A stretch of 61,857 nucleotides of DNA, filler included, from Hausera hauseri (lineage: Eukaryota): NCBI GenBank assembly GCA_046269625.1. It is 11 parts of 11 records of this genome, joined end to end, with 100 filler letters (N's around TTAATTAATTAA, not from the genome) between each part and the next. Parts side by side here need not be neighbours in the genome. Positions count along the whole stretch, not along the records: positions 35,331 to 39,899 come from JBJURY010524125.1; positions 40,000 to 45,797 come from JBJURY010187415.1; positions 45,898 to 50,727 come from JBJURY010421697.1; 8 more parts are not named here. One strand, given 5' to 3'. Shown here piece after piece: positions 35,331 to 48,192 of the stretch. The notes under the pieces are model-generated. The model ran no database searches. It saw only the letters and a program-made list of their open reading frames with translations, and was not told the origin of the DNA. Every line of letters begins with the position of its first letter. Positions within the stretch are counted from its first letter, which is position 1. The position numbers and the translations under genes are program-made.

Positions 35331-38300
35331 ATGCTGGATCCGAGTCTACTCACACAGTCTACAGCCTGGAAGATGAAAGTGACATTGCCTACGGTGAATC
35401 CAAGTGTACATGGACAATTTGCAGCCTGAAAGAAGAAAGAGACTTAGTCAACGCTGGATCTGAGTCCACTCTATGAGTCTGCACCCTGGAAGATGGAAGT
35501 GACATTTTCTATGGTGTATCCAAGTCTTTATGGAGAGTCTGAAGCCTGGAAGAAATAAGAGACTTCGTCAATGTTGGATCCGATTCAACAGCCAATAAGA
35601 TGGAAGCGACATTGACTATGGTGAATCCAAGTTTACATAGAGACACTACAGCCTGAAAGAAGGAAGAGATTTCGTCAACACTGGTTCAGAGTCTCCTCAG
35701 CGAGGCTACAGCATGGAAGATGGAAGCGACATTCTGTATGGTGAATTCAGGCCTACAGAGAGAGTCTGCAGCCTGGAAGAGGGAAACGCTTTCATCAATG
35801 CTGGATCCGAGTCCACAATGTGAGTCTACAGCCTGTAAGATGGAAGCGGCATTGTCTATGGTGAATCCAAGTCTACATGGAGATTTTGCTACCTGGAAGC
35901 GACTTCGTCAATGCTGGATCCGAATCTACTCACCGAGTCATATAGCCTGGAAGATGGAAGTGACATTGTCTACGGTGAATCCAAGTCTACAAGGAGAGTC
36001 TGCAGCCTAGAATTAGGAAGAGACTTAGTCAATGCTGGATCCAATTCCACTCTGCGAGACAACAGCCTGGAAAATGAAGCAACGTTTTCTAAGGGGAATC
36101 CAATTCTACATGGAGAGTCTGCAGCCCGAAAGAAGACACTTCGTCAATGCGAAATCCGAGTCTACTCAGCGAATCTAGAGCCTGGAATATAAGTGTCATT
36201 GTCTACGGTGAATCCAATTCTTCTTCCAGAGTCTTCAGACAGGAAGAAAGAAAGGACTTCATCATTGGTGGTTCCTAGTCTACTCAGCGAGTCTACAGCC
36301 TGGAAGATGGAAGCGAAATTGTCTGCAGTGAATCTAAGTCTTCATGGAGAGTCTTCAGCCTGAAAGAAGGAAGAGACTTCATCACAGCTGGATCAGAGTC
36401 TACTCAGGGATAAACAACCTGGGAGATGGAAACGAAATTGTCTGCAGTGAATCTAAGTCTACATGGCGAGTCTGCAGCCTCTCCATTTAGACTTGGATTG
36501 ACAATAGACAATGTCACTTACATCTTCCAGGTTATTTACTCCCTGAACAGACTCTGATCCAACTGATGAAGTCTCTTCCTTCTTCCAGGCCGAAGACTCT
36601 CCGTGAAGCCTTAGATTCACTGCAGACAATTTCACTTCCATCTTCCAGGCTGTAGACTCACTTAGTAGACTCGGAACCACCAATGATGAAGTCCTTTCGT
36701 TTGTCCTGTCAGAAGGTTCTGGAAGTAGAATTGAATTCACCATAGGCAATGTCACTTACATATTGCAGGCTCTAGATTCGCAGAGTAGACTCGGATTTAG
36801 CGTTGATGAAGTGTTTTCTTTCAGGCTGCAGACCTTTCATGTAGAATTGGATTCACCATAGAAAACGTTGCATCTATTTTCCAGGCTGTTGTCTCGCAGA
36901 GTGGAATCGGATCCAGCGTTGACTAAGTCTCTTCCTGATTTCAGGTTGCAGACTCTCCTTGTAGACTTGGATTCACCGTAGACAATGTCACTTCCATCTT
37001 CCAGGCTATAGACTCAGTGAGTAGACTCGGATCCTGCGTTGACGAAGTCTCTACTTTCTTCCAAGTAGCAAAATCCCTATGTAGACTTGGATTCACTGTA
37101 GACAATGTTGCTTCCATTTTCCAGGCTGTAGTCTCACATTGTAGACTCGGATCCAGCATTGACGAAAGCCCTTCCTTCTTCCAGGCTGCAGACTCTCCAT
37201 GTAGGCCTGAATTAACCATACAGAATGTTGCTTCCATCTTCCATGCTGTAGCCTCGCTGAGGAGACTCTGAACCAGCGTTAACAAAGTCTCTTCCTTCTT
37301 TCAGGCTGTAGTGTTTCTATGTAGACTTGGATTCACCGTAGTCAATGTCGCTTCCATCTTACAGGCTGTTGAATCGGATCCAGCACTGACGAAGTCTCTT
37401 ATTTCTTCCAGGCTTCAGACTCTCCATAAAGACTTGGATTCACTGTAAAAAATGTCACTTCCATCTTCCAGGGTGCAGATTCATAGAATGACTCGGATCC
37501 AGAGTTGACTAAGCCTCTTCCTTATTCCAGGCTGAAGACTCTCCTTCTAGACTTGGATTCATCGTAGGCAATGTCACTTTCATCTTCCACGCTGTAGACT
37601 CGGTGAGTAGGCTCGGATCCAGCATTGACGGACTCTCTTGCTTCTTCCAGGCTGCAGACTCTCCATGTAGGCCTGGATTCACCATACACAATGTCGCTTC
37701 CATCTTCCAGGCTGTAGACTCAGATCCAGTGTTGATGAACTCTCTTCCTTCCTCCAGTCTGCAGACTGTCCATGTAGACTTGGATTCAACGTAATCAGTC
37801 ATTTCCATCTTCCTGGCTGTAGATTCGGATCCAGTGTTGATGAAGTCTCTTTCTTCCTCCAAACTTCAGACTCTCCAAAATAGGCTTGGATTCCAAGTAG
37901 AAAACATCACTTCAGTCTTCTTGGCTGTAGACTCGCAGAGTGAACTTGGATCCAGCTTGATTAAGTCTCTTCCTTCTTCCAGGCTGCAGACTCTCCATGT
38001 AGGCCTGTATTCACCACACGCAATGTCGCTTCCATCTTCCACACTGTAGCCTTGATGAGGAGACTGACCCAGCATTGACAAAGTCTCTTCCTTATTCCAG
38101 GCTGAAGACTCTCCTTGTGGACTTGGATTCACCGAAGAAAAAGTCGCTTACATCTTCCAGATTGTAGACTTCCTAAACAGACTCCAATCCAGTGTTGACA
38201 AAGTCTGTTTCTTCATTCAGGCTGGATATTCTCCATGTACACCTGGATTCACCATAGATAATGTCGCTTCCATCTTCCAGGCTGTAGCTTCGCCGAGTAG

Positions 38301-39899
38301 ACTCAGATCCAGAGTTGACGAAGTTTCTTCCTTCTTCTAGACTGCACTCTCCATCTAGACTTTCATTCACCATAGACAATGGCATTTCCATCTTTCAGGT
38401 TGTGGACATGCTGAGTAGACTCCAATCCAACACTGATGTAGTCTATTCCTTCTTCCAGGTTGCAGAATCTCCATTTAAACTTGGATTCACCGTAGATAAT
38501 GTCGTTTCCATCTTCCAGACTTTAGACTCACAGAGTGGACTTAGATCTAACGTTGAGAAAGTGGCTTCTTTGAGGCTGCACACTCTCTATGTAGACTTTG
38601 ATTCACAGTGGGCGATGTCGCTTCCAACTTCCAGGCTTTTAATGCTGAATAGACACAGATCCAGTTTTGGCGGAGTCTCTTCCTTCTTCCAGGCAAGTCT
38701 AGAGCCTGGAAGATGGAATCGACATTGTGTATGGTGAAACCCAGGCCTACATGCAGAGTCTGCAGCCTGGAAGAAGCAAGAGATTCCATCAACACTGGAT
38801 CCGAGTCTACTCACCGACTACAGCTTGGAAGATTGAACTGACATTGTCTACGGTGAATACAAGCCTACAAGTAGAGTCTGCAACCTGGAAGAACGAAGAG
38901 ACTTAGTCAGTGCTGGATCAGAGTCCACTTTGCAAGTCTACAGCCTACAAGAAGAAAGCAACGTTTTCTACGGTTAATCCAAGTCTTTATGGAGAGTCTG
39001 CAGCCTGGAAGAAGGAAGAGACTTTGTCCATGCTGGATCTGAGTCTACAGCCTAGAAGATGGAAGCAACATTGACTACGTTGAATCCAAGTATACATGGA
39101 GAGTCTACAGCCTGGAAGAAGGAACAGACTTCGTCAACGCTGGGTCTGAGTCTCCTCAGCGAGGCTCCAGTGTGGAAGATGGAAGTGACATAATGTGTAT
39201 GGTGAATCAAGGCCTTCATGGAGAGCATGCAGCCTGAAAGAAGGGAGAGCTTCCGTCAACGCTGGATCTGAGTCTACAATGCGAGTCTGCAGCCTGGAAG
39301 ATGAAAGTGATATTGTCTATGGTAAATTCAAGTCTACATGGTGATTCTGCATCCTGAATGAAGAAGAGACTTCGTCAATGCTGGATCAGAGTCTACTCAC
39401 CGAGTCTACAGCCTGGAAGATGGAAGTGACATTGTCTACGGTGATCCAAGTCTACAAGTAAAGTCTGCAGACTGGAAGAAGGAAAAGACTTAGTCAACAC
39501 TGGATCCGAGTCCGCACTTCAAGCCTGAAGCCTGGAAGATGGAAGCGACGTTTTCTAACATGGATCCAAGTCTACATGGAGAGTCTGCAGCCTAAAAATA
39601 CACTTCATCAATGCTAGATCTGAGTCTACTCATCAAGTAAAGAGCCTGGAATATGGAAGTGACATTGTCCACAGTTAGTCCAATTCTACTTACAGAGTCT
39701 TCAGCCAGCAAGAAGGAAGAGACTTCATCAATGCTAATTCTGAGTCTACTCAGCACGTAAACAGCCTGGAAGATGGATGTGACATTTTCTACATGAATCC
39801 AAGCCAACATGGAGAGTCCTCAGCCTGGAAGAAGGAAGAGATTTCTTCAAAGCTTGATCAGAGTCTACTCAGGGTCTGGAAGATAGAAGCGACATTGTC
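35331..39899. repeat. Tandem satellite, about 120-bp unit of two related 60-bp subunits; central block 36481-38694 inverted
   Basis: Alternating GCCTGGAAGATGGAAGTGACATTGTCTACGGTGAATCCAAGTCTACATGGAGAGTCTGCA and GCCTGGAAGAAGGAAGAGACTTCGTCAATGCTGGATCCGAGTCTACTCAGCGAGTCTACA variants across the whole contig. Confidence 0.93.
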
Positions 39900-39999
39900 N
39901 NNNNNNNNNNNNNNNNNNNNNNNNNNNNNNNNNNNNNNNNNNNTTAATTAATTAANNNNNNNNNNNNNNNNNNNNNNNNNNNNNNNNNNNNNNNNNNNN

Positions 40000-40628
40000 C
40001 ATATTACGACTGAGCTCCTAAAAGCACACGTTCCATCTTGTATATGACATTTCTGGTTCTCGGTATATAATTTTGTGACGCTATGGAACATCACTTTTTG
40101 TGATCGCATTTCTGCTTCATAGAAATCCACAACCACGACGTTCGATTCTAGTCCTTTTCCGGTATCGTATTCTGCTCCATTACAATGCCCGCTATGCATA
40201 TCCAGCCTCCCGGCTACTACTTTATATGCTCTGATTATTTTTTCGGGTTTCATCTCCAGTTGCATACTATCCCATTGTATCCTTCCGGTTTCCTTAGCTT
40301 GTTTGCAATGTTGACGCTCCAAATTCATCGGAATTAAAGGAGTGGTGGGCTATATTATGGAAGAGTGCCCATGTATTAGTCCACAGTGAAAAATACTGCG
40401 TGACCGTTTTAGCATGCACTCTATTCCATCTAACGACACCAATTCTTGTTGTTGATACAGGAAGTAATTTTTTTCTCGTGTTTCTAGTTTGTGCGGTCTC
40501 GCGTCCTCACAGGCTTCTAAGTCCATTAAGGAATATCTCTGTCCTAATTTAAACTTGTCACAATCATAGACGGTTACTGCACTTATGTGTTTTATTAGCA
40601 TCATCAATGTAAGTAAGCTAATTAGCCA
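40000..40628 (-). pseudogene. env: Envelope glycoprotein N-terminal part (A3)
   Basis: WLISLLTLMMLIKHISAVTVYDC..YSLMDLEAC..CMLKRSRSIFHCG, in the same ORF (40350-41540) as the end of region X. Confidence 0.82.
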
Positions 40629-43600
40629 ATTCGATTCGTTTTTTCGACCTCCAACGTCTGACACTGTCAGATTACGCAGCATATCATCGAGTTTATTACT
40701 GGTTCGTTTGTCCTCTTCCTTCTCAAATAGTCTTGCCCAATTTACTTCGCAAGGCATCTTTCTTGCTGCTTTCCGTGCTAAATTTATTGCTCGGTTAATT
40801 TCAGTTTCTCGGTTTGGGTTTATTTTGATGGCTAAGTACAGCAAGACTTTTCTCAATTCTTCATTCGTGTTCTCTACCATGATCTTTTCTATTACTGACT
40901 CATCGGTTAAGTTACTTTTTGATAGTTTGAAACGTGAACTTTTCATCATTTTGGCTGCCTCAAAAATTATCTTTTCTCTATCGTCTAATACATCTCCTCG
41001 AAGGCCGGAGTAATTTACAATTCGTATTAAATTCTTCATTAATTCACTTAATTTTTCGTTATCTGGGCTCAAAGTCGGAATCGACATCTGTCTTAATTCT
41101 CTCATTAATTCCCCGTTGTAGGCCACTTCTTCCCGCATTTTTCTAGGTCTACCTACTGGACGTTTTGATCTTGCGCCTTTCGGGGTTGCTTCGCTTAGCG
41201 GTACTAAATTTATGTCATATTGTTCCTTATTTTCGTCTGTTTGTAAATATTCGAAATATAATGCAGCGTCTCGGACTCCCATGATTTGTCCGACACATTG
41301 TTCTGCTTTAGCCTTACGTGTAGCTTCCTCTTTTGTCTGCTCGTTAGCTATTGTAACTACTATTCGGTTTGTTTCATCAGGAATAATCCCAACATCTATT
41401 AATTGTTCTAGGTCATCGAGTATTCTACCTCTAAAGTAAAATCTATAGTTTAACTCCTTCGTTCCACCATTGTTTGTTAGCCATTCTCTTACGTCCTTTA
41501 CGTAAGCATGTGTAGTCAACTTGCACTCTTTTTCGTCCATCTATTCGGATGACACCATAACTTTCATCGTCATCTCAGGTTTAGTCCTTAAGATTTTAGC
41601 ATACTCCCTTATCAAAAGTTTCGGCACCGTACTATAAATCGTATTTTCGTTGGATAATTTAGTTAAAGTTGGAACAAGTTGTCGTAGTTTATTCTCGGTA
41701 ATATTTACGTTAAGTAATTCCATCAAATTCTTTTCATTTAAAGCTGAATCTAGTATCATTTCCACATTAAATCTCTTGTCTTTGGTACCTGTTTCTGATT
41801 CGTTTAGCTGTATTGGAGTCGTGGGTTTTCCGGCAAGTATTTCGTCAAAGTAGGCATCCCATTCTGGTTCGTTTCCGACATCCGGAAGTCGGTAGTCCGC
41901 TAAAGCTGTATTGGTCCTTTGAACGTTTTCCCGAAATTCCCTTAACTTAGGTTGTATTTCTTTCATTTTCGTAGTTCGGAATCCTACTCCATTACCACAG
42001 GCATATTGAATCATCTTCAATAATTCACCGAATTCGTTAGAGTCGATTACCCCTTTTTGATGATAATCTGTTAATTCAAGAATCACATCCTTTTGCCATC
42101 TTTGTACAAATTCTCGTTTATTCCTAATTTCGGACTCGGTGAAAGCATATTTGTTTGGTAGACTTCAAGTTCTTTTGTTATTTCGTCTAACCTTATTGCT
42201 CTTTGCTTCGTTTTGATACATGTTTCTTCTACTTTCTGTATCTTGTGCATCAATTTCCTCATCTGCTCGTCACTGATTTCCGCCATTTCCGTCAATAAAT
42301 ATGCCAATTCATACATCTCATTTATAACCTTTGAATCAGGGTCCATCGCATCCGACAACTTCTTCACGAATTTGTGTTCCTGAAAACTAAAATGTGGGTC
42401 GTTTCCTATTTCTATCAACTTGGTGTGGAAATTCTGATCTGATCCGGCCATCCATTCTTGAGGTTGGTGTAGAAACCTTAGCGCATCCGTTAACATATCT
42501 CGGTATCCTGGACAAATGTCCAAGGTTTCCATGTCTTGTGCAGAAATTTCGTCGATTGGTTTCCCGATTAGGTATTGAATTCCTTCTAATCGAACAATCC
42601 TTAACTTCGAGTTTACCTCGTAGATCATATTCCGTTTCTCTGTAAAGTTCGTTTCTTCGATCAATTTATAGATTACCTCCATCGTTGATATTTCCCGTTC
42701 TCTTTCCATGAATTTTAGTTGTCGTAATGCTTCAAATTGAGTTCGGATATCTATTTCTATTCGCAACGTAGCTAAATTATGTGCACTTTCCTCTAGTTGC
42801 TTTTTCACCGTTGGATCGCTTTGCGGAAATTCCGCTTTTCGATCATCTGCTAATTTGGTTAGTTGGTTTACTAGCTCGGACCATTCCGACAATTGATTTG
42901 TTATTAGGGGTTTCGCCATTATAGCTTTATCTAGTATCTTATAGGCATATTTTAACTCATCGTCCGGTACTTTTAAGAAATTCATAACTCGTCCGATATA
43001 GCTAAATTCGTCCTTGTATTCGTCCAACTCTACGATACAAGCCTTTATTATATATTGAGTCTCCTCATAAATTGGGGACAGAATTCGGTTCCTCAAGCTA
43101 TAAATTTGTGCTCGCTTTTCGGTTTCTATCTTCAGCCGATTTTCCAAGTTTGTACCTTGTTTGGGCGTGGCAAATGCAATTTTTATCATTTCCATTCGGA
43201 AAGGAATATCCAACGGGTCTATACCCAATACTTCCAGGTCGATATTACTGCGATGGTTAACCGGTTTTTCCCTAAGTCGTTGGGTTATTGTGTATCGGAT
43301 TTCGTCCATCATACGTTCTAAATTACGGACTACTCTCTTCAGTTTTGAATTCTCCTCCAACGTTGATAATAACGTTTGAGCCTTGGCGGTTGTTACGTTT
43401 ATACCCTCTTTATTTTTACTCCATCCTTCTAAAATTCCCATCCCGCTCTTAGTCCACAATTCCAATTCATGTTTCCATCTAGATAATATTTCCGGGGACA
43501 CTTTTTCAGGTTGCCTCACATCGATTGCTTCAGCGAACTTCCCTTCGCTACGTAATTTCAAGCTTTTATGTAACTTCTCGGCGTACTGCTGCTCTTTTTC

Positions 43601-44430
43601 CGATATATCGACTTGTTCTGCAATCTGCTTGAGCTTCTCTAAATTCTGCTGTAATGCTTCGGGCTCTAAACAATAGATTCTCATTTTCTTTAATTTGTCG
43701 GAGTTTTTCATGAGAGTCGGATCTTCCTTTTTTTATTTGAAATTATCATTGTCGGCCGTTTCTTCCTCACTAGTGGGCAGTGGGCAAATCTCATTAATTT
43801 CCTCAATTAACTCTATTGGTTCCGCTATTTCAATAGGTGTGTATGGACCAACTTGTGGCGTATGTAGACTATGCTCCATGTCGTCTTTTTTTGACATTCG
43901 GGTTTCCCGTTTCTTCCGTTTTCTCTTTGCTTATCTGGGAGCGTAAACGACTTTTACGTTTGGTTTTTAGTAAAGGGCTACGACCTCTATTTTTCGTAAT
44001 CTTAAGTATTAATGGTTCCATAAATTCCCTTTCCGCTGTATCGTCCTCTACCCTCTTGACTGGAAGTTTGGGTTCTGCGTCTAGATCGATTTGCTTCGAT
44101 ATGCCTGGTTCATCTGGCGGCTTGTTACTTGTCGGAATATTCTTTTTCCGTATCATATCGCTTCACTTTAGTGCTATTTCATGTTCGTATTCCGACTCTG
44201 GTTCCACTAAACCATGATATACCTCTAACAATCTCAACTTGTCTCCATATTCTCTTCTGGCCATTAGAATTTGTGTGTTCGTAGTATCTGGTTGAGCATC
44301 CAAAAATTTTCTCAAATCCTGTATATCGATGATGGTGGCTGTATCTCCGCGAACGCCATACTTTGTTTCTAAGTTCTCGTTATTTCTAATCATACTTGTC
44401 TTATTTGGTTCAATAAATGAAACGCTACGC
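40629..44430 (-). pseudogene. Region X (A3), with ubiquitin-like domain and AT-hook
   Basis: 542-aa, 181-aa and 396-aa ORFs; YRFYFRGRILDDLEQLIDVGI; RPVGRPRK. Confidence 0.82.
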
Positions 44431-45797
44431 GGATTTGGACATGACCTTGAAATGTGTCCTTCTTTGCCGCAAGTAAAACAAATCAAATTCCCGTTCCTGC
44501 CGACTCTCTGTCGACCGTCTTCATTTTCTGGTGACTTAGGTGTATTTAAACTTTTATTAAACTAATTTGACAAACTTTGCATATTGTCGGCATTTCGTTT
44601 GTTGTCGTTACTTCGGTTATCACCGATTTGATTCGAGTACGTCGAACTTCTATAATTTCCTCTATTCCTATCCCAATTTGGGTCTGGCCTGTTCGTATAA
44701 TTATTACCTCTGTAGCTGTCATTATTATTCCTATACCCATAATTTCTGTTGCCCATAAATCGTCTGTCGTCTCGTCTTTCCTCTCTTCTGTCATTCTTTC
44801 CATGATTGTCATTGCGATTTCTATCATTACGGTCATTTCGCTCATTATTCCTATCGTTTCTGTCATTGTGTCTGGCGTATTTATTCAACGCCATTTCTAA
44901 ATCTTGGGCTAGCCGTAACGTCCCTTCAAAATTTTCAAGTCTAGCCAGAATTAATTGTTTAACTAAGTTACGTGACCGGATACCATTTATCAGTTGCGTC
45001 GTCATCATAACATCTAGATCTGGTGGTGAGACCTTCTCTGCGGCGTCACGTTCTGCCTCCGTCTTAGCTTTAGCTACATTGGCTATCCTTAGCGTACAAA
45101 TATAACTGTTCGCAAGCTTCTTCAACGCAAATGCGAACTGGGTTACCGATTCACCTTTTTGCTGTATTCGGTTCTGAAATGCCATGAGTATTTGTTGCGG
45201 TGTCACTGTCGGCAACAGTTTTCTATTTAGTGCTCCTACCAGGGAGGACCAAGATTTCTTCTCGTCATTAGAGAGTTCACTATAGGCATCGGCGACTAAA
45301 TTTTTCAAGTACAACGACAATCGTTTAATCATTAGTTCCGGAGTTAAACCAGCGCTTTCTGCATGCAATTTATAAGTCCTCAGAAATTCGTTGAGCCCAT
45401 CTGGGTCTCCGTCGTATGCCGGCAGGTTAAGAGAATCAAACGTGAAAATGTCCAGTTTCTGTGCTACTGGTGGATTATCTGCTGCCATATTATTTACTTT
45501 ATCTAACTCTATATTTGCTTTATTCACCTTAAGTTTTTCCCGTGGAGTTTTAAATTTGTTATCGTTTTTAACGTCGTCTAGTTTACTTCTATTCTCGGAA
45601 TTCGATCGTTTATCTACTTTTTCTGTTTCTCTATATATATTTCTACGTGTCTCACGTATAGGGGAATTATCTTTCAGTATATGGTTTAATCCTGGTCTAT
45701 CAATGATTGTTCTCGGTTACGTTTGTTTTACTTATCCTCGTTCAATGATCTTATATCCCGATAGATTTAAGTTTTCAATATGTGTTCAATTACTTGG
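44431..45797 (-). pseudogene. gag: Gypsy-type Gag (A3) with intact CCHC knuckle
   Basis: 321-aa ORF with FQNRIQQKGESVTQFAFALKKLA; after one in-frame stop, CFTCGKEGHISRSC. Confidence 0.88.
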
Positions 45798-45897
45798 NNN
45801 NNNNNNNNNNNNNNNNNNNNNNNNNNNNNNNNNNNNNNNNNTTAATTAATTAANNNNNNNNNNNNNNNNNNNNNNNNNNNNNNNNNNNNNNNNNNNN

Positions 45898-46458
45898 TTG
45901 GAACCAGAAATTCGCTTTTCCGGCCTGTTCCATGTAAAGTGCTTCATCGGAAAACGGTGCAACGTATAAATTAGCAACCGTTGGATACATCACAGTTTGA
46001 ATATCACGTCTGAGAAACTTTTTAGCATGGACATACGTTTCTAACATTCGTTCATTAAATAGCATATAACCCATCGGTTCAGAAATAAGAATATCAACTG
46101 GTTCCGGAATATTAACTTCCTCGATTTTCCCACTGACAACAATAATTTTCCCAGCTAATTTATTATTCTGAACAAGCTGTTCACAAAATTTTGCCATGTT
46201 ACTCGCTTCAACAGCGTAAACTTTCTTTGCGCCTGCTTGAACAGCAAAAAAACTCAGAATCCCAGAACCAGCACCAACGTCAAGAACGACTTTATTCCGA
46301 AAATCAACGCAATTGCTTAAAATGGCTCGTTTGTATGTCGATGTGCGACTGTAATCCTGTGTCATATTCTGTTGTTGACTCAAAAAACTGTAAAATTGAA
46401 AATACTGACTTGCCGACCATTTCTCTGTTCGATTAACGTTTTCAAAACACGAGGCCAT
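45898..46458 (-). CDS. CARM1: Histone-arginine methyltransferase CARM1/PRMT4, partial (runs into the contig end)
   Basis: [71 protein letters not shown] are CARM1-specific motifs. Confidence 0.95.
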
Positions 46459-47820
46459 CAAATTTCAAAATTTTAAAATTCAAAATTTCGCCAATAATAC
46501 TTATTCTGATTCCACATTACAACATTAAGGCATTAAAACAAAGTGCCTCAATAACAATTATAACAATAACTACCCATGAATTCAACTGAATTCGAAAAAG
46601 CATCCGATTATTTTTCATTGAGAAATATTAAACCTGGTTCATGTTTGTTTCAAATTCATTTTTATATTTTAAAAAATTGCACATGAAAAATTATAGGCAT
46701 TTTTGAACCCGGAAAACAATACTTGAATCATATCCCAACTGTAAAAACTAACCAAAATCAAAGACAGATTTCGATTTTTTTTGTTTATTATATGTGATAA
46801 GTTTAAGCGTATGAAATTCACTTGGTCCTACGACCTTAAACTTATACTATCGATTCTCAACTTGGACTCTCTCCTTGTTCCAAGTTCGATTTAATTATTC
46901 ACGGTATTCAGCAGCCTGTGGGTCTGCTGAAATTTAGGAATTTGATTTAGTTACTTTTTCCTAATGTGTGAGTTCGGTCGGGAGGTACACCGACGTCGCT
47001 CTCCCTTATTTAATATAATTTTGACAACCGACCTGTATTAAAGGAAGGTATACCAAAAGGGGTTTATAGTTTATTCTAGATTTTGACTATTGATATACAA
47101 TACTCTTTACTTAAATTACTAATATAAACCAATAAAACAACAAACCAATAAACCAAAAGACCAAACAATGAGAATTTTAATAAAATTGAATTCTATAAGT
47201 CTTAGTTATAACAATCAAAATAACATAACAAAAGAAATAAAACAATACACTTACAGTTGTCGTAAATAACATTCATAGTATACCGTAGATCGAGGTTATA
47301 AGACTTGCGTCAAGAAAAAGAGGTGGTATAATACAATCCATACCAGTATATATAGTTATGGTTTAACAACAGAAATTTACATAGTAAACAAAAATCAATT
47401 ATTTTAAATTCAAAGAAAAATAAAAATCATTTTTATAATCACAAATCAATGTAACTGTTCAAGAGAGTTTTTAGGAATCCATTTGCACAAAATTGAGGTA
47501 ATTGCTTTTTTATTTATTTAGTCAATGACTTTATTATCTTTGTTTCAGATAGGATTTCTTAGAACGGTAATTGTTTGTTTTGTAAATGCATTTGTTTTGT
47601 TTATTTTAGGTTGAGTTTCTCCGGACTGCACAGAATGTTAGACGACACAATTTTTATACTGTCTTAGTGGCAAGTTAACAATATCGGTTTTGTTTCCTAA
47701 TAGTTTACTTATTGAATCTTTTTACACTTTGTACACTTTTATATCAATATAATTTGTATTCAGTATTGTCGTGACTTGTGATTTACCCTCGATCAAAAAT
47801 ACATATTGCAAAATAATATT

Positions 47821-47834
47821 TGGCGCCCCAACAA
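47821..47834 (+). promoter_or_regulatory. Primer-binding site, tRNA-Lys-like
   Basis: TATT-TGGCGCCCCAACA; same TATT spacer as A1; TGGCGCCC is the start of Lys-type PBSs. Confidence 0.6.
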
Positions 47835-48192
47835 ATCAAGGAAGGCGGATTTTACAAGCAGTTTATAAATTCATATGAATTTGGATTTTATCAAAGAAAT
47901 ATTTTATCAAAACGATATTATTTCATTCACTTCTTAGGCTATTCATTCGGCTTTAAAAAGAAAGCAGTATATGACACAGTATTAAACAAGCTTGATAGTA
48001 GACAGAGAGAGATTACAAAACAATTAACAAGATTTGAAAGGATTCCAGAAGATAAAATTGTAGTTTGGATTAAAGAATAATATTACTACATTAAAAATTT
48101 GGACTCGACAATCAGATAAGAAATTTACCAAATTATTTCCCGAGTTAGACGACAATATTCTTAATAAAATACTCTTATTAGAAAGAGCCAAA

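Larger units (their letters stand above)
40000..45797 (-). mobile_element. Gag-X-Env LTR element, subfamily A, copy A3 (least degraded)
   Basis: Long ORFs 44562-45527, 42083-43711, 41541-42086 and 40350-41540, collinear with A1 and A2. Confidence 0.9.

Noticed and set aside
35331-39899. CRISPR-like array, or genuine genes among the many ORFs in the repeat
   Set aside because: There are no unique spacers, the units are contiguous and degenerate, and there are no cas genes in this eukaryotic context. The ORFs arise from a unit length divisible by 3 and contain frequent stops.
44163-44486. Aspartic protease after the zinc knuckle (RGDTA in A3)
   Set aside because: It is not D(S/T)G, lacks the preceding hydrophobic strand and is not conserved (RGDIS in A1, RGNIN in A2).
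11431-45849. Plus-strand ORFs rich in S/L/F/I overlapping the elements (e.g. 11431-11787, 30447-30896, 32885-33511, 40585-41013, 45391-45849)
   Set aside because: They are antisense shadows of E/K-rich coding sequence, and their boundaries differ between copies.
46793-47816. Exact 5' LTR of subfamily B
   Set aside because: The position is plausible, but there are no clean TG..CA termini and no second LTR to define it.
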